Assembly: GCA_964016885.1 (NCBI GenBank)
Contig: OZ024740.1
Span: 31,310,001-31,374,000 of the forward strand
Reading direction: 5' to 3'
DNA: 64,000 nt
Source: Eledone cirrhosa
Taxonomy: Eukaryota
Below, in pieces: positions 11,108 to 23,545 of the stretch (position 1 is its first letter; every line of letters begins with the position of its first letter). Both the position numbers and the translations under genes were made by a program. Under the pieces are notes generated by a model, which made no database searches, had not been told where the DNA came from, and was given only the letters and a program-made list of their open reading frames with translations.

Positions 11108-12504
11108 TTGTACTTTTTCTTAATTTATTATTTTAGTTGAGTCTGGCAAACCGCAATACTATTAATAGTTAATATTAGTTGTGGAGGTGTAAAATTACTT
11201 AACCTTTAACTCTTAATTCACTCAATAGTTGATGATATAGTTTTAAAAAACCCAATCAATCATTAGATGGTAGAAAACTAGTGCTTTCCACGAGGACACA
11301 TCAATTTAGTTGAATTTACAAAACGTACGAATGATTTCTTGTTATGTGCCGGGATTCTGAAAACATCTTTGCTGAAATAGTTTCTCTCGCGTTGACACAT
11401 TTAAACAGAGAAATCAGACCTCATTAAAATAATTTTTGAGATTAACAACCTTTCCAAAAATTTTCTATTTAAATTTGTCAACATAAGGGAAACTACTTAG
11501 TACAGCTACGAGGGATTTACTAGAGTTATGTCCCTTGTAACGCTTTTAAGTTATATGGTACAAGATAGGAAACTATTCGTATGCTCTGTGAATTTATGCG
11601 ATAAAAGAAGTACCAGTCCATTACTTGGGTCGATTCTTTATATCACTTTATCACTTCCTCTCTATAATTCCCTTCCTCCTTCTCCTCTCCCTCTCTCAAT
11701 CTCGTTCTCCCGCTCCCTCTTTCTCCTTCTTCACTGGAAAAAACAGTTGTGTTCAAACCTGGAGAAAGATGGGCTCTGCCAGGATTAAAATGCAAAAGAC
11801 ATGCATCACGACTTTACCAGGAGTTACTTCTCCATACATACATATTTCATGGAAGATAATTAGTTTTATATAGTTTGATCATTAATTTTTTTTTTTTTTC
11901 CCCCACTTTCACAAAACTGTTAGTAACGCTGTGGTAACACTCGCCCCCTTCTTCCCTCTCTTTCCCCCTCTCTCTCTCACACGTATTTTACTATTTTACT
12001 GTACAAACGTACTGAGTATTTTATTTTTGTATGTAATTTTATTTACAGTGTGTGTGCACTTGAGGCTCACACACATGTGACAAGTTTTTAATAACCATGT
12101 TCTATTCACAAGGCATTGGTCAACTCAATGCTATAGTTGAAGATATTTGCCCAATTTACCACAGTGTAAGCAAACTTGGAAGTATGTGATTGCATAGCAA
12201 ACTTTTGAATCACAGAGACATATAACTATCTATCTGTATGTGTGTAATGAGTTGAGGCATCACTGGTGCCAAGCTGTTTTGGTCTTCCACAAAAACACCT
12301 TGCCCAGGCTTGTGCCTCAGAGGAAAGCATTCTTGGTGTAGAGACCATGGTCAGCCATGGCACACATGTAGGTTGGTCCAGTACTATCAATAACAACAGC
12401 AATAGCATTGAATGTATTTAATTTTAGGAGCCCAAGATTGGTGTTATGCTGTATATAAAGGGGTTGTTGGATATATGAATAATCATTCAATCTGTGAAAT
12501 TTGC

Positions 12505-12536
<32 letters not shown>

Positions 12537-12544
12537 AATGAAAT

Positions 12545-12892
12545 TATTGTGTACAGTGCTCAGGCGCACTACAACTCATCAAACGTGCATGTATAGTACA
12601 TAGAATAATATACAAATGTCAGGGAAGTGAATAGTGTATGAGTGATGATATACATGTGCATGTGTATGGGGGGGGGGGGGATATTAGGTGTAGTGTTGGC
12701 GAATCTCAGGAAGCATGGACGTTTTAAAGGATGCAGTGTTTCGACAGCTAACAACTGACGCAAGCAGTTTGTTCCATGCTTCAGCAACTCTGAGCGTGAA
12801 AAAATGTTTCCGAAAGTCATGGGAGCTGTGCTGTTTTCTGACTTTGTAGGCATGTCCATGTGTGTTAGACACTTGGAAATCAAAAAGGTACT
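12545..12892 (-). mobile_element. CR1/L2-group LINE 3' end
   Basis: HGHAYKVRK...FFTLRVAEAWNKL plus a 3' UTR shared with the copy at 17556, ending next to an (ATT)n tract. Confidence 0.85.
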
Positions 12893-13142
12893 TAAACTTA
12901 CAGTTTGTATAAGAGAATCCCTTTGGTTTATGTTGATTACTGACACGTGGAAATGATTAAAGATAAGACGGATATTTTAATAATTTATTTCTAGAATATA
13001 AGTACATAAATGTTTAGGATATATGTACAAATGACATACAGAATTAAATGTATGAGCAATTTTGGAGAAATAGCTATTATTATGGTTGATATTTCTGGTA
13101 TATTACTGGCAATTATTCCATCTGTTTACTTGTTTAACACAG

Positions 13143-13267
13143 GGGATTTGTTAGATCATACAACAATTGCAGAAAATCGGATTATTCTTAAATCAGAAGT
13201 AGATCTTGATGTCTGGCCAATATGGAAAGAATTTGTGACAGCAGCCATGAAAGGTGACAGTTTCGAG
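13143..13267 (+). CDS. ANKRD60: ANKRD60-like gene, internal exon A (end of ubiquitin-like region)
   Basis: Acceptor tttaacacag|, donor |gtttgt, phase 1 to 0. Encodes (G)DLLDHTTIAENRIILKSEVDLDVWPIWKEFVTAAMKGDSFE, resembling recalled ANKRD60 GVLMDNTTL...VW...W.ELV.AA..GD. Confidence 0.75.
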
Positions 13268-14288
13268 GTTTGTAAAGGCCTTTAATCTTTATCAGGCTGG
13301 ATTCTCTTTGGATTAAGCCACAAAAAAAGAAAAGATTATTTCACTATTTCTTTTCTGTATCTATTCCATCTTTCTTGATGACATGAATTCAAGAGGTTTG
13401 AACGTTTCTGGTTTTTTATTTTACATGTTTCAGTCTTTGTATTCAATTACATCGACCCAGTATTTTGTCTGATAATTATTCTATTGATCTATGGGGTAGA
13501 CATGGGTTTTGTAAGCTGTAGCAAAGGCAACCCTTCTAGGGGAGCAGTCTCTGTGAATAAAATCTAATAATTGAGAGGACTCTTAAGCACTGACAGCAAA
13601 TATATCTAGCACTGGTGACATGATAAAATGTACCCAGTCCATGCAGTAAAGTGGTTGGTGTTACGAAGGACAAAAAAATCAATCCCAAAACCCATGAACA
13701 GTACAACAACGCATTTCTATTAATTGAAGGCTAAAGTCCACCTTGCCATTAAGGGAAGGCATAAACAACACATGTTTATATTCTATCAATAATACCTTGC
13801 ACATAATATACACAAAATGCCCCTCAAATTACACCCTACTGTCTTAGATAAAGAAGGAATTAATCGACAATGTAGTTCTGATTATTTAAAAAAAAAAAGG
13901 CAAGATGGTTGTGGCTGGAAGGTTTTTGATTATAGGTCATCTCAATCAAAGTTGACCTTGAGCTAAAACAACAACAATAATAATGATTGACCACCTAGTG
14001 ACTATTATAACATAATCTATATAGAGAAATGGATTGGTAGAATATTTTGTGGTATTTAGTTATGGTTGTTTAGGTACTGACTTCAAATCTCATTGAGGTC
14101 GATTTTGCCTTATTTCATTCCAGAATTAATAATAAAAAAAAATAAATACCAGTCAAATGCTGATGTTGCTGTAATCAAGTGTGCCCTCCCACTGAAACAT
14201 TAATAGAGCTAATCATTTCATTATGGAAATCTCTGATGAGAGAAAGGTCAAGCAATTGAGTGTATAGACAAATAAATAGTATTAATAA

Positions 14289-14695
14289 TCTATATATTAA
14301 TATGCTTATACCTACGTACCGTACGTCCGACTGTGTGTGTGATGCTTTCAGTAATATAATGGAAGTGGGGTGGTAAACAATCTACGACAATCTACGGCCA
14401 AAGAAAATCAAAGACCATGGCAACGTTTGGAAAGGAGAGAGAGAGGGGGTTATAATATAGACAGGGGTTTATAATATAGAGAAAGGAGGGTTAAAATATA
14501 TATAGAGAGAAGGGGTTAAATATATATATCTATAGAGAGAGAGAGAGGGGTGTTATATATATAGAGGGTGGTTTTAATATATAGGGAAAGGGATGGGTTT
14601 ATATATAGAGAGAGGGGGGCTTTAATATATTTAAAGAGAGGGGGTATAATATAGAGAGAGGGATTATCCGTGAACTTTTTTACGGGTCCAGCTAG
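14289..14695 (+). mobile_element. Non-autonomous Helitron with canonical ends
   Basis: A|TC 5' end; 3' hairpin CCGTGAA-cttt-TTTACGG followed by GTCCAGCTAG|T; no TSD. Interior has degenerate GAGAGGGGTT-ATAATAT minisatellite units. Confidence 0.8.
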
Positions 14696-15017
14696 TTATT
14701 ATAAATAAGAGAGTAAAGAAAGCACAAACAGTATAGGACTGAACTAGATGGTTTATAGTGTTTAGTTTGAGATTTCATAATTCTAAATTGAAATCTACCT
14801 GGTCTTCTTGATATTATCTACATTATTTTTTTTAAATATTTAGTCAAGGAAAAAAGAGCAGTGTCCACAATCCCTTTCAGGGCCTCCGAGACTGGTGGGA
14901 GGAAGGGAAGAATGAAGATATCCTCAATCTGGAGACCTGGTTCAAATGTTTGCAATAGGGTGGACTTTACTAAAAGCACCTAAGGGTCAAATGGTGGTAT
15001 TAAACCATGCAATGCAT

Positions 15018-15145
15018 TAAATCTACCACCCAATTTAAGTCTACCTCAAAAATTAAGTCAATCCACCCAAATTTAATCTACCATTGAAATTAGGTCTACC
15101 ACCCAAACTTAGTCTACTAATGAAATTAAGTCCACCACCCAAATA
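15018..15145. repeat. Degenerate ~19-20 bp tandem repeat (AAATTAAGTCTACCACCC-like)
   Basis: About 6-7 diverged units seen directly. Confidence 0.6.
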
Positions 15146-15224
15146 TAATAGTAATATTCAATTGCCTATACTTACTTTCCTTATAAAATTGTAAAAAAAA
15201 CCAAACAATTAAAAGGTCCTTTAC

Positions 15225-15470
15225 TTGTCACGGAGTCATAGGACGCAGTCTTAACATAGCATGTCTTGGGTATTTTAAACCTAGTGGAGCTCATCCCTCT
15301 CCACAGAGAGAGAAAGAATTGAGCTCAAAATTCAACTGGTACTTTATCTGGTAATCTTGAAAGAATAAAAGGCAAAGTTGACCTTGGTTTAAACTCAGAG
15401 CACAGTGACTCAGAACAAATACAGAGACATTTTAAATCTGATGTGCTAATAACTCTGCCAATTCACTGCT
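15225..15470 (-). mobile_element. Diverged SINE with (CT)n and extended tail
   Basis: Reverse core AAAGTTGACCTTGG / CTGGTACTTTA; tail shared with the copies at 11590, 15605, 15950 and 17163. Confidence 0.5.
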
Positions 15471-15637
15471 TTCTATAAAATTGACCATGTATTTATAAAC
15501 AATCAATATGCTGTTTACAGTATATATATTTTAACATTGGTGTATAGAATTAATTTAAAGTAACTAAAGTGTGTAATGTAGCTAGTAACATTGGATTTAA
15601 TGTCAATAGATAAAGAATCAGTTCAGTACTGGGGTTG

Positions 15638-15639
<2 letters not shown>

Positions 15640-15694
<55 letters not shown>
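15640..15694. repeat. (CT)n microsatellite
   Basis: Seen directly. Confidence 0.95.
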
Positions 15695-15701
<7 letters not shown>

Positions 15702-15949
15702 GAAGAAATTGTCTAACTTCAGACCTGATGAGGGATGAGCTGTAACTGTGTGTCAGGACAGTGTTTCTATGATTCCATCAAGAGTTAAGGTCCCTATTTT
15801 GTTTTATTCTATAAAGTATGCATGAAGAAAATGTAAAGGGGTTGCCCGGAGAAAAGATTTAAGAAAAAAGAAAAAGCTTTATTAGAAGAAAGAAATAATT
15901 TTTTTTCTTTGATATAGTTTATTTGGTAGTGATTAGCATACAGTAGGTA

Positions 15950-16240
15950 GGCAATAAATTCGCAGAGTCTTTAGAATGTTGGATAGAATGCTTTGCACTA
16001 TTTATTCTGGATCTCTGCACTCGGAGTTCAAATCTTGCTGAGGTCAACTTTGCCTTTCATCCTTTCGAGGTTGATAAAAAATGTACCAGTGAAGTACTGA
16101 GGCTGATTCTTCCTCTATATTGCTTTCTCACTTCCTCTCTATCATTTTCTTTCCTTCTCTGGAAGAAATTGGCTGTGTTCAGACATGAAGAAGGGATGGT
16201 CTTCACCGGTTTTAGAATGGTCAAGAAACACTGTATGTCA
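15950..16240 (+). mobile_element. tRNA-derived SINE with CT-rich linker and extended tail
   Basis: B-box GGAGTTCAAATC, core TGCCTTTCATCCTTTCGAGGTTGATAAA...GTACCAG, then GGAAGAAATTGGCTGTGTTCAGAC tail. Confidence 0.7.
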
Positions 16241-16442
16241 CTATGACACCTCTAAGTCTCCACTAGAAGTTACTGGTCCATACACACAGCATATAGTAAT
16301 GATAATCTTAGCATTTTATTTGGTTTTAATTTCAGAGAAAGGTATGAATGTTATAGTTTTCTATCTCCTTCCTATATAAATGTTTGAGCCTATGAAAGAA
16401 ATTTCATCAGCATATGTGTTATTTGCTATTTTTTGCTGAAAG

Positions 16443-16617
16443 ATTTTCAGATTAGGAGTAACACATGACACTCAATTCGAATCTCCATCAAGTAGTTATA
16501 TATTGTCTATGCCAGAAAGTGTTCGAAGTAGCTGGATCAACATGAGAGCTTTTGTTGCTTTGTGTATTGCAGCCAATCGAGGTGCCAAGCTACTATGCAA
16601 AGATCTGATTTCTAGTG
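16443..16617 (+). CDS. ANKRD60: ANKRD60-like gene, exon B
   Basis: Acceptor ttttttgctgaaag|, donor |gtaaga, phase 0 to 1. Encodes IFRLGVTHDTQFESPSSSYILSMPESVRSSWINMRAFVALCIAANRGAKLLCKDLISS(G), matching recalled ANKRD60 W...RAFVALYVASHRGH. Confidence 0.85.
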
Positions 16618-16840
16618 GTAAGACCAGAATCTTATTTCAAACATTCAACATTATATATGAAATATAAATAAAATTTTGTATACTGCTATGTTTGAAGCTA
16701 AATCCTAATTCTATTCTATTATAAGTTGAACCAACTTATACAGCTTCATATACAATGAGATTAATCACCTCATTTACACAGACGAAAAAACCATATATTT
16801 TCGCCTGTTTTCAAAGTCCGGCAGTTGCAAGAGTGGGAGA

Positions 16841-16886
16841 GATTGTCCTGACGAGAATCAGTTGAGTTTGAAATGCATCAACGATT
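16841..16886 (+). ncRNA. Minimal type I hammerhead ribozyme motif (Penelope-type), CpG-decayed
   Basis: GATTGTC-CTGACGA-GAATC-agtt-GAGTTT-GAAA-TGCA-TC-AACGATT. Intact CUGANGA/GAAA/UC core, palindromic 4-nt stem III, and a stem I of 6/7 pairs including G:U. Confidence 0.6.
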
Positions 16887-17555
16887 GTCCCCCTTGCTTC
16901 TGCCAGACACCACCTGGTGGCATTAGCTGCCAGTGTGTTATTCATAGCTATGGCTTTCTAAATGTTTATTTATAAACATACCATATATCTTCAGAAATAC
17001 AAAATTCAAATAAATGCTGTGCTGAACAAGACCCGTCCCACCCTTGCAAGCAGGGAAAAGCGGATGTAAAATAATGATGATGATGATGATGATTTGTATA
17101 CAGCTATGTTCGAAGCTGATTCTATAAAATTTTGTGCATAAATATGTATGTATAAATATGAACAGCATGTCTTGGGCATTTCAAACCTGACAGAGCTCTG
17201 CCTTCTCCAGGTCTGAATACAGCTGATATCTGTGTGTATGAGAGAGAGAGAGAGAGAGAGAGAAACAACCCCAGTACTAGTCTGGTGGTGTTTTTGATTG
17301 ACTTGGACTGGAAAAGATGAAAGGCAAAGTTGATGTCACTTTAGAACTATATGGAACTGGCAGAAGTGGTAGAGGCTGAGACAGAACAGAATGTAGCCCT
17401 TTACACTTCTTGAAATTTAACCCCTTCTGAGATCAATCTATCCGAAACCAACCCTAATTCTACTATACAACATTTTTTATTTTAAAGTGTTTATATTTAT
17501 CGAAAACATTCCATCATAATTTTATGTTCCAAACACCAACTTAATGATAATGATA

Positions 17556-19277
17556 TTATTGTGTACAGTGCTCAGGTGCACTACAACTCATCAAAGGTGC
17601 ATGTATAGTACATAGAATAATATACAAATGTCAGGGAAGTGAATAGTGTATGAGTCATGATATACATGTGTGTATGTGTATGGAGGGAGAATATTAGGTG
17701 TAGTGTTGGCGAATCTCAGGAAGCAGGGGGGTTTTAAAGGATGCAATGTCTCGGCAGCTAACAACTGATGCAGGTAGTTTGTTCCATGGAGGTTTTGAAG
17801 GATGCAGTGTCTCAACAGCTAACAACTGACGCAAGCAGTTTGTTCCATGCTTCAGCAACTCTGAGCGTGAAAAAATGTTTCTGAAAGTCATGGGATCTGT
17901 GCTGTTTTCTTACTTTGTTGGCATGTCCACGTGTATTAGACACATGGAAATCAAAAAAGTGCTCAGGGTTGTTATTGGCAAGATGGTTAATAATTTTGTG
18001 GGTGTTTACCAAGTCAGTTGCCAGACATCGGAGCTTCAATGTATCCATGTCCAGGGAAGTAAGGCATTCAGAGTATGGTAGATGCCTGATGGAAGGTATT
18101 CGCTTGGTTGCATGTCTCTGAACAGTTTCTAGGCGGTCAATGTTCTGAGCAAGATAAGGGTTTCAGACTGATGATGCAAATTCCAAGTGTGGCCACACCA
18201 TAGCCATGTACAGCCTTAAATAGATAGCTGGAGAGCGGCTAACAAAGGTCTTGCTGAGTGATGCTAAGAAACCCTCGGCCTTCTTGACAATTTTAGAGAT
18301 GAGCTTCGTCTCACGCAAATCGCTGCTGACAGTAATGCCCAGGTCACGTTCACAAGAAGACTTATTGATATTAGTATTGTGGAGGGAGTATGTGGACGCT
18401 GGGTTTTTACTCCCAAAATGCATGGTGGTCCACAGCCAGCTTGAGTTGCCAGCCCATGATCCATTGTTGCATTGTGTCCAGGTCAGATTGCCAGCAAGAT
18501 CTATAGTGTTCAGGATCTGTCCTTTTTATCTCAAGGTACAGCTTGATATCATCTGTGTACTTTAGTACTGTGGCATTCTTTAAGTTGGCATCTATGTCAT
18601 TAATATATGCCACAAACAAAAGGGGGCCAAGAACAGATCTCTGTAGTACACCAGATGACATCTCATATGGTGAGCAATGCTTTCCTAGAACTGTGACTAC
18701 CTCTCTTCGAGTGAGAATGAAGGACTTCAACCAGTTAAAAAGATCATCTTTCACACCCATTGCAGAGAGTTTTGCCATAAGTCTTTTGTGTGGCACAGAA
18801 TTAAAAGCTTTAGCAAAGTCAAGGTAAACAACATCCACCCATGAGCTGCCATCAGTGATCCGGATGATGTCTTAAAAAAACTCGATAAGTTGATCACATA
18901 TGTTGTTATGGAGTCCATCCCATGGAGCAAGAAATGTTGGTCATCCCAAGAAGACATATGTCAAACAACTTGAGGATGATACTGGATGCACTGCGGAAGA
19001 ACTGGCAAATGCTATGAGAGACAGAGATAGATGGAGGAAACATATCGTTGAGAGCCGAGCAAGCTCGACCTGATGGTGATGATGATCACAGCAGCTGGAG
19101 TTAGGGATAAATCCGAATTGTGAGGGCCGGATAAGACTGTGAGAGTTCCAGAAGTTCCAAAGTGTTTCTCTGACATAGGATTCCATCAGTTTGGCAATGC
19201 AGCTAGTAAGACTGACTGGACGATAGTTCACAGGTGATGTGCGGTCACCCTTTTTGAACAGAGGAATGACACTGGAG
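17556..19277 (-). mobile_element. CR1/L2-group LINE (RT plus C-terminus), decayed
   Basis: NYRPVSLTSCIAKLME, QFGF, DVVYLDFAKAFNSVPH, SVLGPLLFVAYIND, KYTDDIKL, MHFGSKNP. Frameshifted, with a ~58-bp tandem duplication at ~17731-17849 and a nested insertion at 18899-19082. Confidence 0.9.
18899..19082 (+). mobile_element. Short RTE-type 3' fragment nested in the CR1 copy
   Basis: Encodes WSPSHGARNVGHPKKTYVKQL...MRDRDRWRK, followed by a (TGA)n tail. Flanked by the 8-bp TSD TGATCACA (18891-18898 / 19083-19090). Confidence 0.8.
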
Positions 19278-19496
19278 AAGGTTAGTTATATTAGTAAATC
19301 ACTTCAAATTCTTGATTACATTAAACAATGTTTTGGAGATTATTGGCAGTGTCTTTCATTAGAAATATAGTTACAAAAGGGTTAACCAAAATCAACTCTG
19401 GGTTAGGAAATAAGTACAATATTTTTCTCCTGCGTCCATGTCGATCTGAATTGTATTTTCCTTGTGTTAAATATATTCTTTCAGACACTAAGATTT

Positions 19497-20377
19497 CATC
19501 ATCATCATCATCATCACCGTTTTATGTCCGTTCTTTCACGCTAGCATGGGTTAGATGGGTTGTTCTGTTGTGGGCAGTGTCTGGTCGGCTGACCATGCCT
19601 TGCTCATACAGGAACTGATTTGGCTTGATTTCTACAGCTGGATGCCCTTCCTAACACCAACCTCATTTACAGTGAGTGCTGGGTGCTTTTTCGTGGCGCC
19701 TACACGTCCACTTTACAGTGTGGGCTGGGTGCTTTTTTGCCGTGGCACCTCCACGACCACCTTGCGGTGGGGGGTGTGGGGGCATATTGTCTATATGCTT
19801 CAGCTTGTACCCATGGGAGGTCGGGTACTCTGTATTACTGTGTGACGCCAGAGGTCACGGTCGTGTGTCATCGCCTTTGAGAGGTTTAATTGGGTAAGGT
19901 CAGCTTTTATCACCTCATCCCAGGTCATCTTGGATCTCCCCACTCCGCGGTTTCCATCGACTTCTAGTGCTCTGCACCTTTTTATGCAGCTGTCATCCTT
20001 CATACGCATCACATGTCCATACCAGCGCAACCGCCTCTCCTGCACACAGCATTTGATTCCTCTTATGCTCAGTCTCTCTCTCAATTCATTTATGCTTTGT
20101 CGTTCACGTATATTACTGTTACACATCCATCGGAGCATGCAGGCTTCGTTTCTCTCTAATCTACGTAAGTCTCCCACCTTCAGCGCCCAGGTCTCACTAC
20201 CATGCAACATCGATGTTCGGATACAACCATCATACAGTCTGCCTTTCATTCTGAGGGAGAAGCCTTTTGCAGCTAGCAGTGGTAGTAGTTCCCTAAACTT
20301 CTTCCATCCCGTTCTTACCCTAGTTATTGTACTTTCTGAACACCCACCTCCGCTGCTAATTCGGTCACCTAGGTAGT
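19497..20377 (-). mobile_element. RTE-clade LINE 3' fragment
   Basis: ORF 19800..20249 has LHGSETW...ERRLRWYGHV...; the 3' UTR repeats and (GAT)n tail match the copy at 5424. Confidence 0.9.
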
Positions 20378-21090
20378 GTTGTTAATACAAATAATTATGC
20401 TCGATGAAGGTGGCATTTATAATTTGGTTCCACACACATCTTTACATCACATGTAAACATATATACATTACTTTAACTAGCTTTCTCTATAATTAGTATT
20501 GGATAAATACTTCATGGGTAACGGTATGGAAGGCGAGTAACTCCTTTTAAATGTAATATAGTCTTCCATGTTTCTGTAATGTTTGGCGATATAACAGGTG
20601 GTACAACATGTAATTGCTATTTAGTTAGATATTGTATAAAACTAAGGTCAATAAGATAAATACTGTATGAGCCAAGAAGGAGCACATATGCAGTCATTTG
20701 ACCGGCTAGAGATACCAATCAAATCTCTTTTATCATACCCTAGTGTCTTTAACTCGTAACATCCTGCACCACATGAAACAACATTAGCAATACATTCTTA
20801 GAAAGTAAAAAATAGCACAAGGACTGTATTACATAAAAAAAATCAAAGTCTTTGTGGCAATGCTGCATATTTTCATAACAATCTGTCTACTAATAAAGAT
20901 ACTATAAACAAACCTATTCTTAGTTATTTTCTGTTTAAACATCACAGTATATTAAGAGTTAAAAAGGACTCATTAAATAGTGTAGTCCTAGATACATTAT
21001 GTCTGAATAAAAGCCAGAATGTTTATGGTTGGAATGCATATGATCATAGATCAACTTATAAAGGTTGACTATAAATAAGTATCATTATAG

Positions 21091-21271
21091 TGGATTGGCA
21101 GTATCGGTAGAGGGTTGGACGCCATGCTTTGACGCATAGAGTTACAGCCCTTGCCATTCTGAGTTCAAATCCCACTGACGTTAACTTTGCCTTTCATCCT
21201 TACGGGGTCGATAAAATAAAGTACCAGTAATGCACTGGGTAATTGCTGGCCTTGTGCCAACAGTAGAAACA
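21091..21271 (+). mobile_element. tRNA-derived SINE with 7-bp TSD
   Basis: Closely similar to 3229-3419; TSD ATTATAG at 21084-21090 and 21272-21278. Confidence 0.85.
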
Positions 21272-21351
21272 ATTATAGGAATATTCAATTCACTGTACAC
21301 ATTTCTCTGCAACTCGTGGGGTGTTTAATTGTAAGAAATCAATTTTTACAG

Positions 21352-21450
21352 GTGTTAACGTCAAATCAAAAACTCCAAAGGGTCGAACTGCTCTGCATAT
21401 TGCTGCAGGTCATGGTCGTCATGAAATTATAGAGATGCTTGCTAATAAAG
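21352..21450 (+). CDS. ANKRD60: ANKRD60-like gene, exon C (one ankyrin repeat)
   Basis: Acceptor tttttacag|, donor |gtaagg, 99 bp, phase 1-1. Encodes (G)VNVKSKTPKGRTALHIAAGHGRHEIIEMLANK(G), a canonical ankyrin G.TALH.AA..G motif. Confidence 0.9.
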
Positions 21451-21739
21451 GTAAGGAAACAACATTGAGCCCCCCCCCCCCATAATGCCCCTTTTTTGCC
21501 TCCCTCCCCTCCTACTCATCTCCTTCTCACCACCCATCTCCCACCCTTCTCCTCCTCCCTTACTCTCTCTCTGCCACTACCCTCCTCCTCCTCCCTTACT
21601 CCTCCTCTACCTCTGCATCTTCCTCTTTCCCACCCTTTCCTCCTCTTCTTTTTGATGCATTCTTTAACTATCTCCAAGTCATCAACTAAATTTCAAAATA
21701 TAATATACTTGAATTACACTTAATAAATAATAAGGAAAA

Positions 21740-21860
21740 TTATTGTGTACAGTGCTCTAGTGCACTACAACTCATCAAACGTGCATGTATAGTACATAGA
21801 ATAATGTACAAATGTCAGGAAAGTGAACAGTGTATGAGTCATGATATACACACAAACACA
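21740..21860 (-). mobile_element. CR1-group 3' UTR fragment
   Basis: Matches 12545-12660 and 17556-17670 (GTGTACAGTGCT...CACTACAACTCATCAAA). Confidence 0.75.
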
Positions 21861-21884
21861 TATACACAGTCATCTCTCCTGCAC

Positions 21885-23355
21885 ACTACAACTTATCCTT
21901 CTTATACACAGTGTCTCTCTCAACTCATCTATGCTTGGTCATTCATGCACATTGTCATTGCACACCCAACGCAGCATGCTTGCTTCATTTCTCTCTAGCC
22001 ATCGCATATCCTCTGCAGCTGCTGCCCATGTCTCACTACCATGCAGCATCGTGCATCTCACACAGGCATCATATAACCGGCTTTTCGTACACAGAGAGAA
22101 ACTCTTCTTTGTCAACAGAGGAAGTAGCTCCCTAAACTTCTTCCAACCCATCCTTATTCTAAATTCTATGGCCTTGAAACACCCCTCCCATGCTAATCTG
22201 ATCACCTAGGTACTGGAAGCTATCAACTACTTCTATAGAACCCACCTGCTATGAGAACCAGATCATCAGCATAGAGAAGTTCCCATGGGCAGCTAATCTT
22301 AAACTGCTCTGTTATGGCTTGGAGGACTATAATGAACAAGAGTGGGCTGAGGACTGAACCCTGATGTACTCCTACTTGTATCTGGAATTCCTCACTAAAC
22401 TCCATTCTTACTCTCACTTTACTGATAGTACCCCTGTACATAGCTTGCACTGTCCTCACAAGCCATTCCTCTACACCTAGTTTCCTTAGGGACCACCAGA
22501 TGACAGATCGGGGTACCCTATCAAAGGCCTTCTCTAGGTAAACAAAAGCTAAGTATAGTGGCTTATTCTTCTCTAAGAACCTCTCTTGTAATTGTCTCAC
22601 CAAGAAGAGGGCATCTGTTGTACTTTTCCCAGGCACAAAACCAAACTGCATCTCATCTAGTTTGAACCTTTCTCTAATTAGTTGTGCTAATATTCTTTCT
22701 GCCACTTTCATAACCTGATCCATCAGTTTTATGCCTCTATAATTGCTCCTCTCCAGAGCATCGCCTTTGCCTTTGTAGCAATTTATGAGAATACTGCTGC
22801 ACCAGTATGAGAATACTTGCTTATTGAGAGGTCACTAACGACTAACCTATGCTGTGGGGTACATTCTTCCCCGGGGTATGCCTTGGTATTAGACACTATC
22901 TGTCTGTCTCGTTGCCTAACTAGCAAGAAGTCAATATGGCCTATGATTCGTCTGATTTGTAGGTTATTAGGTGGTTGGTAGGCTTCTTGAAGTTAGTGTT
23001 GCAAATGGTTAGTGCACTTGGATCACAAAACTCAAGAAGCCTCACTCCTTCTTCGTTTCTTGAGCCATAACTGTGCCCACCATGTACCCCAGTGTATCTA
23101 TCCTGGAGCTGTCCAACATGACCATTGAAGACCCCTGCTAGCATAACAATGTCTCTGTCCTCTGTCATTGTGGCTGTTTCTAAAAGTTGCTCGTAAAAGC
23201 AGTATTTCTCTTCTTTACCTAGGCCCGCCTGTGGAACATAGGTAGAGAAGCAAGTCAGCAGTCTTTTGCCTACAACTAATCTAAGCTTAATTATTCTATT
23301 ACTGACTCTAACTACCTTTACTGTCTTATCGATCCATCTCTCAACCAGTAAAATG
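21885..23355 (-). mobile_element. RTE-clade LINE, deleted and decayed (APE plus RT fragments)
   Basis: APE-like GVFNGHVG...RNEEGVRLLEFC (22941..23168), RT QFGF/GVHQGSVLSPLLF/LLYADDL (22223..22723), and C-terminal LHGSETW (21939..22205), with internal deletions. Confidence 0.88.
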
Positions 23356-23545
23356 CCTATTAAATATGGTGATATTTCAATTTCCCATAGTCATCTCAAA
23401 CACGTTTTGTTGTGTTTTTTTTCCTGTAAAAATTATTGCAGTAATACTCCCAGCTGGATTTTGTCCATATATTTACACAGTACTTTCCAATAAAAACGAG
23501 CTACCTAATCTGATTTGATACTTTATAATTTCATATTGATTTCAG

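Noticed and set aside
12418-12510. Candidate upstream exon after ttttag
   Set aside because: No similarity to the expected ubiquitin-like N-terminus and no convincing phase-compatible donor.
677-23493. Numerous short ORFs antisense to LINEs or spanning microsatellites (e.g. 5884..6384, 8509..8736, 10520..10810, 19930..20376, 21496..21723)
   Set aside because: They are shadow frames of TE ORFs or low-complexity translations with no independent coding signal.
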